A stretch of 63,818 bases of DNA, from contig CM060731.1 in assembly GCA_030704615.1 (NCBI GenBank), positions 88,040,183-88,104,000 of the forward strand, given 5' to 3'. The stretch comes from Takakia lepidozioides (lineage: Eukaryota > Plantae > Bryophyta). Under the pieces are notes generated by a model. It made no database searches, had not been told where the DNA came from, and saw only the letters and a list, made by a program, of their open reading frames with translations. The position numbers were made by a program, and so were the translations under genes. Below, one piece after another: positions 24,896-38,704 of this stretch; position 1 is the first letter of the stretch, and every line of letters starts with the position of its first letter.

Positions 24896-25161
24896 TTCGG
24901 CGTGTACATGTTTCCTACAACTCATACATGGATTTTCTTCACCTTATGACTGTGCTGACTCTGGTATATTCATATGGACAGACACATTGTAGAAATGAGA
25001 CCTCAAATTGTAAACAGTGGGCCAATTACGGCAGTTCTTGAACACGATGAAACACAAGCACACAGAAGTGAGGTACGATGGGTTGTTTTATTGATCGAAC
25101 ACGGTGTCTCATATTTAGCAACTCTAGACAAATCTAAGCCCTTCCTCCTTCTACATGGGTG

Positions 25162-25864
25162 TCACCAAGTCGACGGAACTTCGATAGCCCTCAAAACAAG
25201 CTCATTACTGATGCGGCATCTCGAGGTAAACTGCAATGCGGTCGATCTGGTGCCCTTGGTGGAGCTGACGACAATGTCATGCCCATCAATCATACCACCA
25301 TCATACATCGACAAGGTCACTGTGGGCCTCCTGTGCCCGTGTGATTCGTCTTCGCAACTCAGCCGAATGTCTCCATACACTGGAAAAGCGGAGTGAACTC
25401 CACGAATATAGTTTTCCCCGGTGCCGTCCTCCCTGGTCCACTGGAAGCAGTTCCAGCGCCAAAGTGAGGCCGTGCGTGATCTGTCCGGCATCCCATTCCA
25501 CCTTGGTATATCGAGGTCAACAATTTTCAGGACCCACGGACCGCATTGACCCACGCCCTCACCTCGCTCAAAGCGGTAATAGCCCTCCAGATACTCCATT
25601 GCACGCAAAGACTCCCGCTTGATTCCAGATGCGTCTGTGAAAAGTGAAAGCCAGACAATGATGTCTCCTGATTCTGGTTTGAACATAGCATAATCGTGGC
25701 CATGATAAGGGCAGTCAGCAGGATTTCGGCGGCATGACATCCCTGAAAAAGAGTAGCGCAGTATGCTCAATGACAGCAGCTCCCGGATGGAGGAGGGAGC
25801 AGCGCGGTGGCTGGAAGAAATTCAAGCAAACGCTGCAATTCCTCACAAACACTCCAGGGCACAT
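25162..25864 (-). pseudogene. Unknown cargo protein, paralog B
   Basis: 202-aa ORF homologous to paralog A; upstream MCPGVFVRNC segment lies in another frame. Confidence 0.6.
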
Positions 25865-26089
25865 TTAAATTTCCCCCCGACAGGAACCTGCATGGATGAA
25901 GATTGGCTCATCCATGGATGTAGCCGTTTCATTTTCCTTCCCTGCCATGCAAACTATGGGCAGTAAGTGCCAGGTGGGCCTATAGCCACTCGAGACGACG
26001 AAGTCCATCCCCCCTTCGATGTAAATGCGGCGCCAAATTTCCATCCGGGGGATGGACTTCGGTGGCAGATTTCAAACTATACCCCGTGG

Positions 26090-26860
26090 ATGAGAAAGAG
26101 GTATCGGTTCATCCACCGCTGGCTTGTTGAACACGTTACACGATGATTGGTGGGTACTTGTGACCCAGATGGTCCATTATTGGAGCCCGCACTGCTCTTC
26201 CGCTTCTCATCATTTCGAAAATGTAAGGGCTTCGTTGCTGTCCGCAAGGTCATTGTCATCGGCATCAAAGACGTCCTCAGGTCCTCCTTTGCAAGGATGC
26301 CGTGCTTCCGGAACCGGGACGACTGCCCTTATGGAGGCATCGATTATGCAATGTATTCGGCCACATCGGGAGACATCGTTATCTGGTACACAGATTACAC
26401 AGAAGATACTGGTTCGAATGTGGAAACATTGTCCGCTTTTGAGTATCTCCCAGGCCAGTACGCCTTCAAGCGGGGTGACGATCTTGGTCTGAGGAGTCCG
26501 TGGCTCCTGTGCATCCTTGATTCCGATTTTCCCAGCTACGACGGGCACCCATGCAAAAGAATGCGCACTGCTATGCTGTTGCGGTGGAACTGCTGCCAGT
26601 GGACGTGGGTGGACTCCATCGGAGAGACTTATACTCCTGAAGGAGTGCGCTCATCTTCTCCATTGTATGGGGACATTTTCATTGGTGTGGACGGCGAAAA
26701 CGTGAAGCTTTCCATATTCGATGGTGGTATGATTGAAGGGCAGGACATTGTGGTGAACATCAACAGGGGCGGTACAACGGCTGCAATCCAGTTTACCTGG
26801 AAGAGCCCGAAGACTCATGAGCTAGTTGTGAGAGCAGTCGAAGTCCCATTGACAACGTGA
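26090..26860 (+). CDS. Unknown cargo protein, paralog A (237-aa open frame; stop at 26144 interrupts the upstream ATG)
   Basis: RSSFARMPCFRNRDDCPYGGIDYAMY, RWNCCQWTW, ELVVRAVEVPLTT*; protein-level similarity to the divergent neighbour. Confidence 0.6.
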
Positions 26861-27272
26861 CTTGTATTCAGAAGGCACAGGGCTAAAGATTTGTTTGCAC
26901 AATCAGCACAGTAGACGTGCTTCAAATGCAATTCATGTGGATCAATAAAAACCCCATTGTGCCCTCTTTTTGTTCTATTTTGTATCCATCATTCCCAAAA
27001 TGCGTCATTCCTCATTTCGTTTGGGATTGGGAGTGTGGGTGGATTTTGCAAATGGCTGGTAGGCTGAAATGGGCCCCCATTGTATAGATCAGTACCACCC
27101 TACCATTCGCGAAACATTGCCTTTCAATATGTAATTCTAAAAAACATTGCCGAACCTCCTTCATCGGGAGGTCCTTCTCCCCCTATGACCGTGACACCCT
27201 AAACCCTATTCCCGCGGACACTCATTTCCGGAAAATAGTCCTGCTCATGTTTTTTTCGACACTTACGACTCT

Positions 27273-27353
27273 GCTCATGGCTCATGGCTCATGCCGCTCA
27301 TGGCTCATGGCTCATGCCGCTCATGGCTCATGGCTCATGAAATAGCAGCCCCC
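27273..27353 (+). repeat. Transposon right terminus (GCTCATG repeats + AAATAGCAGCCCCC)
   Basis: Same end as 2385; abuts a broken RT coding sequence. Confidence 0.85.
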
Positions 27354-28519
27354 TCGATCTTCTTCTGCCATCTGTACCTGATTGTACCCACTGAATCTAT
27401 CCATGAATGAGTACATCTCATGTCCAACACTATGTCCAACATTATCTCCGTGAAAGGTAGTGGAAATGGATCTTTCTTGGTTCCTGCATTTAATTTGCGA
27501 TAGTCCACACATACTCATAATTTTCCATTCTTCTTGGGCACTATCACAATGGGTGGTAAACCATTGTGGCGTCTCTACTGGGTATATGAATCTTGCATCC
27601 AGTAATTTCTTCCCAAGGAGCTGCATAGTTGGGGTTCATTCTGTATCGGTTCTGACGAATTGGTTTGGTGTCAACTTCCAACTCAATGCGGTGCTGACAG
27701 ATGTTGGGAGGTATGCCCTTCAAATCTTTGTAGTTCCAAGCGAATACACCCTTGTATTCAGTGAATAGTGTAGTGGCTTCTTGTAGAAATGATTCTTCAA
27801 GACCTGCACTTACTCGTATTATCTGTGGTTCTTCCACTGTTCCCAGATTCACTTGAATCAATTGAGTTTCTTCTGTCACTGTCCATCCTGCAATTTCATG
27901 TCCGATGGTAGCAATCATGGTAGGTACTTCACTGATGCTAATGTCTTCTTCTTTTTCTTGATAAAAACAAGCGGGGCGTTGAGGTGTGTCCATAGCTTCT
28001 TCCTCAGGATCTTCCATTACTGGAGTACTTGTTTCTCCTTGGGTGTTCACCATGTGGCACCCTACTGTCGTGGTATGCTTGACCACTAGTTGACCAATGG
28101 GTTCTAACTGTGGATGCGCTGCATATACTGTAGCTTCTTCTTCATCCACTATGCAAGGTCGTTTCTCTCGTGGAATCGTACCTCGTTGCTTCGTGGTGAT
28201 AGTGACTTGTTCTGATCTTTTCTTGATCGTGAGAGTCTGACTTCCCCAATCGTGGTGAGATTGAGCTTGTGTCAACCACGGTCTGCCAAGCAGTAACGAA
28301 TATCCTTCTGCCACGTCTTCCATTCTGAGAATGGTTACTGATACTTCGTATACCAGTCCTGCTACTTCCATTGCAAGGCGTCTGATGATACCCAACGGCT
28401 GTACTTTTCGTTGATCGGCCATTCGTACCGTGAAGGGAGCAGGTTCCATATGCCCCAATCCTAGTGACTTCTTCATTCTTTCCGTCATGATATTCACTCC
28501 TGATCCTCCGTCGATGAGT
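27354..28519 (-). pseudogene. Ty3/gypsy protease and RT N-terminal half (inverted block)
   Basis: VLIDGGSGVNIM, LLLGRPWL, PIRQNRYRMNP, YSFMDRFSGYNQVQMAEEDR. Confidence 0.85.
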
Positions 28520-30350
28520 ACATCTCAATGGGGAGCCTATGCTTACAAAGTCATGCCATTTGGACTTTGCAACGCACCTGCCACATTTCAGAGAGTAGTA
28601 TCTAAGATATTCAAGAGCTATCTCAATGACTTCATGCAGGTATTCTTAGACGATTTCAGTGTCTTTGGACAGAAATCCAAACACTTGGCACAGTTAAAAC
28701 TTTGCCTACAAGCTTGCAGAGACAATGGAGTAAATCTCAACCCCGAGAAATGTACATTTTGTGTGAATTCAGGATTATTGTCGGGACACATCGTGTGCCA
28801 ACATGGAATTCTGGTTGACCCAAAGAAGGTGGACAGTATCCAGAAAATACCACCACCAGAAAATCTAAAGAAACTCAAAAGATTTATGGGACAGACAAGC
28901 TATTACAGAAGGTACATAGCCAAGTATGCTCACAGAGCAACACCAATCTATAGACTGCTGAAGAAGGATGTCAAGTACCAATGGTCTCCAGCTTGTCAGG
29001 AATCATTTGATTCACTGAAAAGGGCACTCACATCAGCACCGATCCTGATCAATCCAAGATGGGATTTACCATTTCATATACACAGTGATGCATCAGGCAT
29101 GCCTTGGGAAGCAGTTCTGGCTCAGAATGCGATAGGCACAATAGATTCGCCAATCTATTATGCAAGCAGACTACTGACAGCAGCTGAGAAGAACTATAGC
29201 ACCACGGAAAGGGAGGCATTGGCAATGATTTATGTTGTTCAAAAGTTTCGGCATTAATTACTTGGCAATTGCTTTAAGTTTATTGTTGATCATCAGGCCT
29301 TGGTTCATTTGGCAAATCGACCACTAGCTAGTGGCAGGGTTGCTAGATGGTTATTACTTCTTCATGAGTATGATTTTGAAGTTGTTCATAAACCTGGAAG
29401 ATTACATGTTACAGCAGATCATCTATCAAGACTGACCACAGGAGAACCAGCAGTGGAAGATCAACTTTCTGATGCATTTTTGTTTGTTGTTCAACGAGAA
29501 GCACAAGAAGAAGAGACAGACCCTTTGGACGCTCTAGGAGTGTTTCAAGCAAACTATGATCTTCCAGATTCTCTTAAATTATTTGAGACAGATGAAGAGG
29601 AAACAACAAAAGATGAAGAATCCACAGATGAAGTTCAGAAACGATGTATGAACAAGATTCAGATCCACAAGAAGAGAACAAGGAAAATGAGGAGCCAATC
29701 TCTCAAGGATTGACCAACATTAGCATTGGGACTTATGCAGTCACCAAGGAAGAATCAGAAGAACTTCAAGACCAAGATCAAGATGATTGGTAATGGCCAA
29801 TCAAATACTACTTGATAACAGAAAAATTTCATGAGGAATATACCAAAGATGACAGGAGAAAGCTTTCAATGAAAAACAAACCATACGCGATAATCAGAGG
29901 AATTCTTTACAAACGAGGAATTGATTCCATCATGAGAAGATGTGTGGACAAAAAACAGGCCAAAACAGTGATGCAAGAACCGGGACTCATGAACGATGGG
30001 GTTTAGAAGAATCTTTACAAGTCAGGGAACATGAGTTGTTCCATCTGGAAGCGGTTCGAGCAGACGCTGCAGATAACATGGCACGAATTCAAGAACAACG
30101 AAAGAAGAGAATATCATAAGGGAAAGAAAAATCTTTCCAGGACGGAGAAATCGTTTTGTGGCTACCAAAAATCAAAAAGATGAAACTAGGAGGGAAATTG
30201 AAAATGCCATGGATGGGACCTTTTCAAATAAAAAAGGTACATGACAATGGAACTGTTGATTTACAAACCCTGGAACAAGAATTCGTGGGACGAATAAATA
30301 TCAACAAGTTAAAGGGCTATAAAGGGATACATGACAGAGTCCTCATCCAT
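28520..30350 (+). pseudogene. Ty3/gypsy RT C-half, RNase H and integrase remnants
   Basis: VMPFGLCNAPATFQR, FLDD, HSDASG, NYSTTEREALA, KLKMPWMGPF; integrase core is missing. Confidence 0.85.
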
Positions 30351-30499
30351 GACTTATACGCCAACGAAGAAGACCAAACCGCAGATGAAGAACGCGAAAC
30401 CTCCAATGCTTACTACATCCATCATGATCCCACGGTGGATCAACATGTAATGAAACAGGTGGCAGTACGAGTTCAGGGCACAACCACGTTTCGACCACC

Positions 30500-32314
30500 T
30501 TGAGTGTGGATGTTGGCACTACCACCACGTATACCGTATGGAGAGCCGTGGCCAACACACATGCCCTCCTTAAACCCAAAAAAGAGCTGCACAGCAGCAA
30601 ACCACCCAAGTTTGTGATTGCGGATTTGTTTGAGAATCTCAACCAAGCCGATCAGGGCTACACATGCAGTCATAGCAAAAACCTAGGTTTTAAGAAGATA
30701 GCCCCGGTGCTTAGCACGTTGCTCTGCCTTAGGCAAAACCACAACTATTGCACCAAGGAGCTAATAGACCAGGTGTTGATTTGTCTCAACGGGCAAATCG
30801 TGAATTGGGCAGGCTTATTGTTGAAGAAGTTGGTCCAAGAATTGACCTGGCTGACAAAGAAGAAGAAGGAGCCAATAGTAACCATGGTGACTCCACTACT
30901 GCTCCAAATGATTTGACACATGGTGCACTTGACACCAGAAGAGCAGAACACTCTGGGAATCATGTAGCGAGCAGAAACATTGGAGGAAGATGGAAGCGAG
31001 ACAGCCGCAGAGTAGTAGGAAGAAGAACAACCATTGCAGGAGGAGGGCGGACTTGCAAAGAGGGCCCGAATAGACGAAGGGACGACGAGCGCAATGGCGG
31101 AACATTTGCTTAACTCCACAACAGATTCTACACTGCAGAGAGAAGGAGAGGATCAATAGCAGGAGAACTTGGTACTCCAAGGTGAAGGAAACGAGCAGCA
31201 GACCCATGAAGCATCCCCGATGGACACTACACCTGCCAACACGGAGGTACAACCAGCAGCACCTACAGAGCTCGCACAACAGACAAACGAGGTACAAGCC
31301 ATAGTCGCACAGCCACAACAAGCACTACAGGTGACACAAGGCCGGCAACAAATTTCCCAGCAAGATAATAACCAATTTGGAATTATTACTCTCACAGCAG
31401 GTCCTGGATATAACAGCATGGGACACGGGTTTGGAGGAAACGCCACCGAATGCAATTCTTCAGGCAGTACAAGCGTTGGGCCAAGTGATAGCCTACATGG
31501 ACAAAGCCAAGGATTACATAAGTTCGGAGAACCTTACCATGATCATGGACTACCTCAAAGAAAAACACCGGAGGGAACTGGCAGTAGCACAAACCGTATG
31601 TAACCACGAGGCTACAACTGCGACCTTGGAGGATCAACAAACTGCTATGCTTCGCCAGTACAACACCTTGATAGAACACCGAGACGAATGGGAACAGAAG
31701 TGGCAAAGGCAGAGGGACAAAACACAACATGTCCAAGCCGACCTTGATGCAGAAAGAGAACGATCTCCAACCACAGAGGTAGAGGTGGAGACACTCAAGG
31801 AGCAGCTACAAGCTGCTAAAAACCATGGATACAAGTTGCTATCAAGCAACACTGTACTGCTGAGGGAGAGGGAAAATGTTGAGATAGGCTATTCACAGCC
31901 ACCACGGAGAGAGACATTGCCATAGGCAATGAACAAAATAGAAGCAGCAGCTGGAGAAGCTGACACTTCAGGTAGGGCTAGATGCAGCAGATGCAGCCTT
32001 GGCTCGAGCATGGTTAAATGAAGGGAGTGCCCTGGAAATGAAGAAACTCAACGGGGCGATGTTACAACAGATGAAAAGTCAGTTGGCAAAATTGGTGACA
32101 GACATTCACGGAGAATTCTTGCCACCAATTCCAGAACAAGAAGATCTCATGGACGAGGATGAAACAAGAGGAACAAGATCATGAACAAGAAGCACCAGTA
32201 CAATCAACAACAACAACGCTAGCACAAACACCACCAGCAACACAACCACCACAGCTTCAACAGGCATTGGTACAGGCCACAACAAGGCCATCTACTCAGG
32301 AGGTAAACCCCGTG
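30500..32314 (+). pseudogene. Accessory 3' ORF region (coiled-coil) of the older gypsy element
   Basis: Broken ORFs downstream of integrase; the same sequence apparently resumes at 39570-39785 after the nested insertion. Confidence 0.45.
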
Positions 32315-33180
32315 TGTCGCACACCTCACTTCGGTAAGCTCCCCCTCAAGTCATAGTTACTCGCTTTGATGCGCGCGCCTGACTCCCAACCGGCCGCCGG
32401 GCCAACTTGGAGCTTCGGCTGCTCACCGGGACATAACGGTCCCCCTTCACTCTCCCGAAAGACCCTCCACCTATTTGGGCCTAGTGGAATTCCCTTTGGT
32501 AGATGGCAGTCCGGAACAGCTCCCCACTCTTTGGTCGCTTTCCGGCTCGCTCGCTTACTCACTAGTTTTTGGTCACCAACGGGCTTGCACCGTTCTCGGG
32601 GTTACTACTCCCTATATATACTTCTGTAGCTGTCTGCGGGGGTTTCACAACCAGCCATGCCATTTTATGGCGAACCACCACAAAGACCCTCGATTCCCGG
32701 TGGTGAGTCGCGGTGAGTCTTGGCCCGCTCACCACGGCCCCTATGGACCGTGATGAGTCCCAAGACTCCCCACGACTCCCACCACGAGGTCTCCGCCCCC
32801 ATGGTGAGTCCTATGCCACCCCCACTAAGTCCCACTAAGCTACCACCACCCCTTGTGGAGCCACCCCCACCGCAACCCGGTGTGCGGGGCTCCACCTAGT
32901 GAGCGCCTCCGCTTCCCTGAGTGCCTTGGGCACTCAAGGGTGCTTCAGCCCCCCTATACCTATCGCTGCCGCTGCCCCCACCACAGGGGCAGCCCCTCAT
33001 GTGTCCCGACCCCCTGCCCTCAAGGCAAAGGGCCGCGACAGAGCGCCTCCGCTTCCCTAAGTGCCTTGGGCACTCAAGGGCGCTTCAGCCCCCCTATACC
33101 TATCGCTGCCGCTGCCCCCACCACAGGGGCAGCCCCTCATGTGTCCCGACCCCCTGCCCTCAAGGCAAAGGGCCGCGACA
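32315..33180 (-). repeat. 3' LTR, copy 1 (866 bp)
   Basis: Near-identical to 38705-39564; adjacent PPT reads GGTAGGGGTGTG on the minus strand. Confidence 0.95.
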
Positions 33181-34087
33181 CACACCCCTACCAACAGGGA
33201 GTCGATGTCCTCATCGACTTGTCCATTTTGTAGAAACGAACATCCAAGTTGCGGCGTCCCACATCAAGGAGTTTGTTTCTGTACCATGGCGTCCCATGGC
33301 AAAGAACCAAACCCCACACTTGACTCTACTCTCCACTAGCTAGTTCGGCCGACTTCCTCCAAGTCCCGGCCAAGGGTGGAGCCTCTCCAGCTCCTCCCAG
33401 TGCACTCTTCTTGGCCTACTTCAAGGCCAAGGAACGATCCTCCCCGAGGATCGAATCGCCTTACTGCAACAACATTTGCTTGCGATCGCTCATGATGCCG
33501 CTTTTGGCATCACCTTGAGCAAGGGTTCACCTGGAACCCTCTTTGACTAGGACGATAACCTTGAACCAACCGTGCGCCCCAATCACTACAATTGGGTCCA
33601 CCTTGGAATGCTGGCCTGAGGTACGGGAACACGCCGAAGCCGCACTACGACTTCGTCCCGAGGCTACACGATTATAGTACGTGAACGGAAGCACGTAGCT
33701 TCCGCGTTAGCCCGCACTACAAGGCAACCCCCTCGGTAGCGCAGTTATAGTACGCGCACGCGCCAAGTGCGCACTAGCACGTGAACTCCCAAAGAAGGCG
33801 CAAGTTTCCTTGCCCCTTGGATGGGAGTGACCCGATTTCGGCACTACGCAAACACACGATTAACCCAATTTACCTCTCCCACTTTTGTAAGCTAGCATGC
33901 ATTCTACACACTAGCCAACCACACCATGCATCACCATTCCAAACACAATAGGACGCACAATATTTGGAACCCATTTCCTTTATAACAAATTTTTGTACAA
34001 TACAAGTTTTTGCAATCGGATTCCTGAGCTAGCTAAACCGGGCTAAGCATGCATTTCCTCCCCCACGCTCCAAGGTTGATGTCCCCA

Positions 34088-37000
34088 TCAACGTTTCTTC
34101 CGCTTTTGAGGTCGCCCTTCGAACGCTGCAACTGCCTCGGATGCGTTTCCCATTTCTGAGGCACGCACCCAAGATGCCTCCACATGATGATAGCCCTTCC
34201 ATTTGACGAGATACTCTGTTTCTCGGTTCTTGAACCTCCTCGACTTAAGTATTGCCTCCACCTCGTACTCAGGTTCATTTTCATGATCCAACAGCATAGG
34301 TGGCAGACGCAACACTTGATGCCGATTCGGACGCGCTTCATCTTTGAAGTAAGGCTTCAAAAAGGAGACATTGAATACTGGGTGCACCTTGCTGTTTGCC
34401 GGCAGCTCCAATTCATACACATCCTCATTCATAACCTTCCGAATCCGAAAGGGACCCGCATACGGAGGTACGAACTTCGGACTCACTTCCGGAGGTAGTC
34501 GGAAATTCTTGATGTTCAACCAGACCTCTGTGCCTGCCTCAAACTTCACTTCCCTCCGCTTCCGATTCGCCTGCCTTTCATACCGTTTCCTAGCTTTGGC
34601 AATGTTGTACTTTGCGAGCTTCAACAAACGCTCGCGTTCTTCCAGTACCGCCGCTACTGCCGGTTCCTCAACGTCCTGGGCGGCCCAACTTGTCGGCACC
34701 AGAGGTGCTTTTCCATAGACCAATACGAAAGGGGAAACTCCCGTTGCGGAGTGTTCTGTGTTATTATAACAGAACTCTGCCGTGTCTAAGTGTTCCATCC
34801 AGTCTGATTGGTCTGCCGACACGTAATTCCGCAAGAATTGCTTCACTACGGAATTCACTCTTTCCGTTTGGCCGTCCGTCGTAGGTCGGAAGGCGGTGCT
34901 CATCTTCAGCCTCATCCCCATCTTCTTCCAAAGTGTCCTCCAAAATTTACTCATAAACTTTGGATCGCGATCCGAGACAATATCCTTCGGGACTCCATGA
35001 TGCTTTAAGACGTGGGCAAAGTAAAGTCGCCCTGTCTCCTACGCCGTTGCCGTCTCCTTGGTGGGGATGAAATGGCCCATTTTACTGAACCTATCCACCA
35101 CCACCATGATTGCATCGAATCCTTTTGACAGCGGCATAGCAGTCATGAAATCCATCGAGACGCTTTCCCAAGTCCCCTATGGAATCGGCAAGGGTTGTAA
35201 CAGCCCCGCTTGCTTTTTGTACTCGCTCCGGTTTTGTTGGCATGTGGTGCATGTCTTGACATACTCCTTTGCCTCCTCCCTCAGTTTGGGCCAGAAATAC
35301 TCTTTCTTCAAGAGTGCCGCAGTGCGCTTGGCTCCGCCGTGGCCCGCAAGCGGGCTATCATGGCATTCTCTCAAGAGGCTATCTCTGATCCCTCCCTTCG
35401 GCACGTAGAGACGTTTTTGCTTATACCGGAGCAGTCCATTTTGCAAGTGGAACTGCAATTTAACCCCCATTCTCAAGTCCTGCATCACGCACTTTACCAG
35501 CTCATCCTTCCGGCAAGCCTTCCGGATCTTCCTTTGGAGCGCCGTCTCGCCCTTGTACACCAACAAGAGCTGCTGCTTTCTACTTAAAGCATCGGCCACC
35601 ACATTGTCCCGTCCTGGTTTGTACTGGATATCCACGTCGAACACTGCCAAAGTATCTTGCCACCTAAGTTGTTTTGGGGACAACTTGGGCTGCGTGGCAA
35701 AATACTTCACCGTGACATTGTCCGTGAACACCTTCACTGGGTTGGAACCAACATAGTGGCGCCAGAGCTCAAGGCAATGCACCACCGCCTTCATCTCTTT
35801 TTCGTGCGTCGGCCACCGTCGCTCCACTTCATTTAGTTTCTTACTTTTGTAAGCCACTGGACGTCCATCTTGCATAAGTACACCCCCAATCGCGAAGTCC
35901 GATGCATCTGTATAAATCTCAAACGGACGATCAAACTCCGGGATTTTCAAGACTGGAGCTTCCGTCATCCGCTGCTTCAATTCAGCAAAAGCTTGGCCAC
36001 AAAATGTGTTCCATACCCAGACTTTGGATTTACATAGAAGGTCCGACAGCGGCCCCGCGATCTTGGCAAAATTTCTCACATACTTCCGGTAATAGGAGGC
36101 GAGTCCTAGGAAGGATCGCACTCCCGGGACCGAAGTCGGAGGCTCCCAGTCCAAGATCGCCCTCACCTTTCTGTCATCCATTTTGATCCCATCCTGTGTA
36201 ATCACATGCCCCAGGAACTCCACTTTTGTGACCCCGAATTCGCACTTTGAAGCTTTGGCATACAGCTTCCCTTCCCGCAATTTTTGGAACACCCTTTTGA
36301 GGTGTTCCAGGTGCTCCTCCTTTGTTTTCGAGTACACCAAGATGTCGTCGATGTACACGATCACAAAGTCATCCAACCACTCCTGGAAAAGGCTGTTCAT
36401 CAGCGTGCTAAATGTCGCTGGTGCATTGGTGAGCCCAAAAGGCATCACCAAGAACTCATATGAACCATACCTTGTCCTGCACGCGGTCTTCTCCTCATCT
36501 CCTTCCGCCACCCGAATTTGGTGATAGCCGGAGCGCAAGTCGATCCGGCTGAAATACTTCGCTCCTGCCAACCGATCAAAGAGGTCGTCGATCCTTGGCA
36601 AAGGGTACCGGTTTTTGATAGTCACCTTATTCAGAGCCCTGTAATCGACACACATCCGCAGCGTCCCATCCTTCTTGTCTGCAAATAGCACCGGGCTCCG
36701 TAAGGTGACTTACTCGGCCGGATGTACCCCTTTGACATTAGATCCTTGAGCTGAGTCTTCAGCTCTACCAACTCTCTGTGGCTCAACCGGTAGGGCGCCT
36801 TGGCAGGCGGTTCCGATCCCGGTATCACCTCAATCTTGTGGTCAACTCCTCTTCGCGGTGGCAAGCCGCTTGGTAAATCCTCTGGCATCACATCCTGGTA
36901 TTTCTCCAAAATCCCCTTGATCCAATCTGGGCTCGGCTCCCCATCGCCTTCTCCTTTCACTTCTCTAATGTAAAGCAAAAACTGGGGCTCGTGTGCCTCC

Positions 37001-38703
37001 TCCACGGCCCACTCCTTTGCTGACAGAAGGTTTATTCGCCCTCCCACGGATTTGGGCGTTTCTGACACTCGTAAAACCTCGCCACCATTCCCACATGGCA
37101 GCGTGACTACTCTCTTGCGGCCATCTATGACCGCTCCGGATTTGCTCAAAAAGGTCATCCCCAAAATGAGATCCACTCCATCGATCTCGCAGATGGTGAA
37201 GTTCTCACGTCCCTCCCAACTCCCCAGTTGAAGAGGAACATCAATCGCCAACCTTGTCGCCAACTGTGGTTCTCCTTTGGCAGAACGCACCTCAATAGAG
37301 GCCCCCACGTCACTTGTCGGGAGTCCCAGCTTTTGTGCCGTTGCCGGTGTCATGAAGGAGTGCGACGCTCCTGTGTCCACTAACAACGACACATTAGTTC
37401 CGGATATTATCCCATCCACGAACAATACCTGACTCCCTTTTCGTAAGGTGCCAGTTTCTTGATACAACTCACAAGAAAATTTGCCTACCTTGCAAGTCCT
37501 GGCGACCACCGCTTCCACCAAGCGACTGATGGTAGCTTCCGACAGCTCCATGGTCGCCCGAGTCATGTTCAATTGCCGGGGCTTCGTGCACTTCTTGGCC
37601 ATGTGCCCGGGCTCCCCGCAATTGAAACACACTCCATCAAAGGTCGCCTTCTGTCCGCCATAAGCTGCTCCACCCGCTTTTCCTTTCGAAGCACCGGGTG
37701 CCGCCTTGACGTGTGAAGGCCCTCCCTTCGATTTCCACGTGCCATTTTTGCCGCGTGGCCTATCCCACTTCTTTTCCGGTCGGGAGGAGTCACCTTCCCG
37801 CCGAATCTTCTTGTGGTTCAGCTTCGTACGGCCTTGTCTTTCACCCCTAGGGACATCTGAGAAACATTCAGCCCTCTCAGTAGCCTCGTTCAAAGTCTTG
37901 GGTGGCTTCTCCTCCAACTTCCACCTGGCCCATGGGGTCAGTCCCGCCACAAAATTGAAGACCATTTCTGGTTCTGCCATGTCCGCGACTTCGAGCAACA
38001 GCACATTGAAAGCCTGGACATATCCCCGAATGTCATCTGTTTGCTTCAAATTCCTCATCTTGTCCCGGGCGAGCCAGGACGCGTTGAGGGGCACAAACTG
38101 TCTCTTCATCAATTCCTTGAACCCACTCCAGTTCAAGGTTTCCGGGCTTGGACCTCGGTCGTGAAGGCGTTTCTGCCACCATTGTTGAGCATAGCCCCTC
38201 AAATAGGTGGGAGCCACTTCCACCCGATCCTCGTCACTCAACTTGGCCGCCCGGAAGTACTGCTCTAGCTCCAAGAGCCAGGTGTTGAGTGCCTTCCGAT
38301 TCCGGACGCCCTCGAAGGTGCCTGGTTCCTTAGGCTTCACCTTAAACTTTGCCTTAGCGGAAGTGGCATTAGCCGCCTTCAACACGTCTTTCAACGTCCC
38401 GCCAAACTGCGCCAACAACCCTTCCCAAAAGACTGCCGGCATGGGAGGCATCTCTTGGTTTGTCGGAGCTCTCAAGGATTCCTCGGGCTCCGACTCCTCG
38501 GATTCCTCCCGCTCTTGGGCGGCCTCGTTTTTGGAAACATGCATCGCTTCCTCAAACGGCCGCCTCGGTGACACGCCGCCCCCATTGGGCTCACCGGGAT
38601 CATCATCTTTTGGGCCGTTCCGCTTTCGCTTCGGCTTGCCCGACCCCATGATGAGGCCAATCCCAAGGACGATCGCGTACTGAACTCTAAGCTCTGATAC
38701 CAA
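34088..38703 (-). pseudogene. gag-pol: gag, zinc knuckle, protease, RT, RNase H, integrase, chromodomain
   Basis: CFNCGEPGHMAKKC, LVDTGAS, YIDD, TDAS, GHGG..CTTC, YEVEAILKSR..YLVKWKGY; 1-nt frameshift near 36693 and stops near 35178 and 35040. Confidence 0.92.
38685..38702 (-). promoter_or_regulatory. Primer binding site (tRNA-Met type)
   Basis: TGGTATCAGAGC on the minus strand, 2 nt inside the 5' LTR boundary. Confidence 0.9.
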
Positions 38704-38704
38704 G

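Larger units (their letters stand above)
17750..27353 (+). mobile_element. Body and right arm of MULE family 1
   Basis: 17750-20325 is the reverse complement of ~39787-41990, followed by the cargo gene, array, paralog pair and terminus. Confidence 0.8.

Noticed and set aside
26006-26054. Twin ATGGACTTCG starts as true initiation codons of the paralog pair
   Set aside because: Both hit stops or are out of frame with the conserved ORFs in both copies
36631-36700. Programmed frameshift between gag-protease and RT
   Set aside because: Copy 2 reads through in frame (SPYGAPVLF); copy 1 simply lacks one base, by mutation or sequencing error
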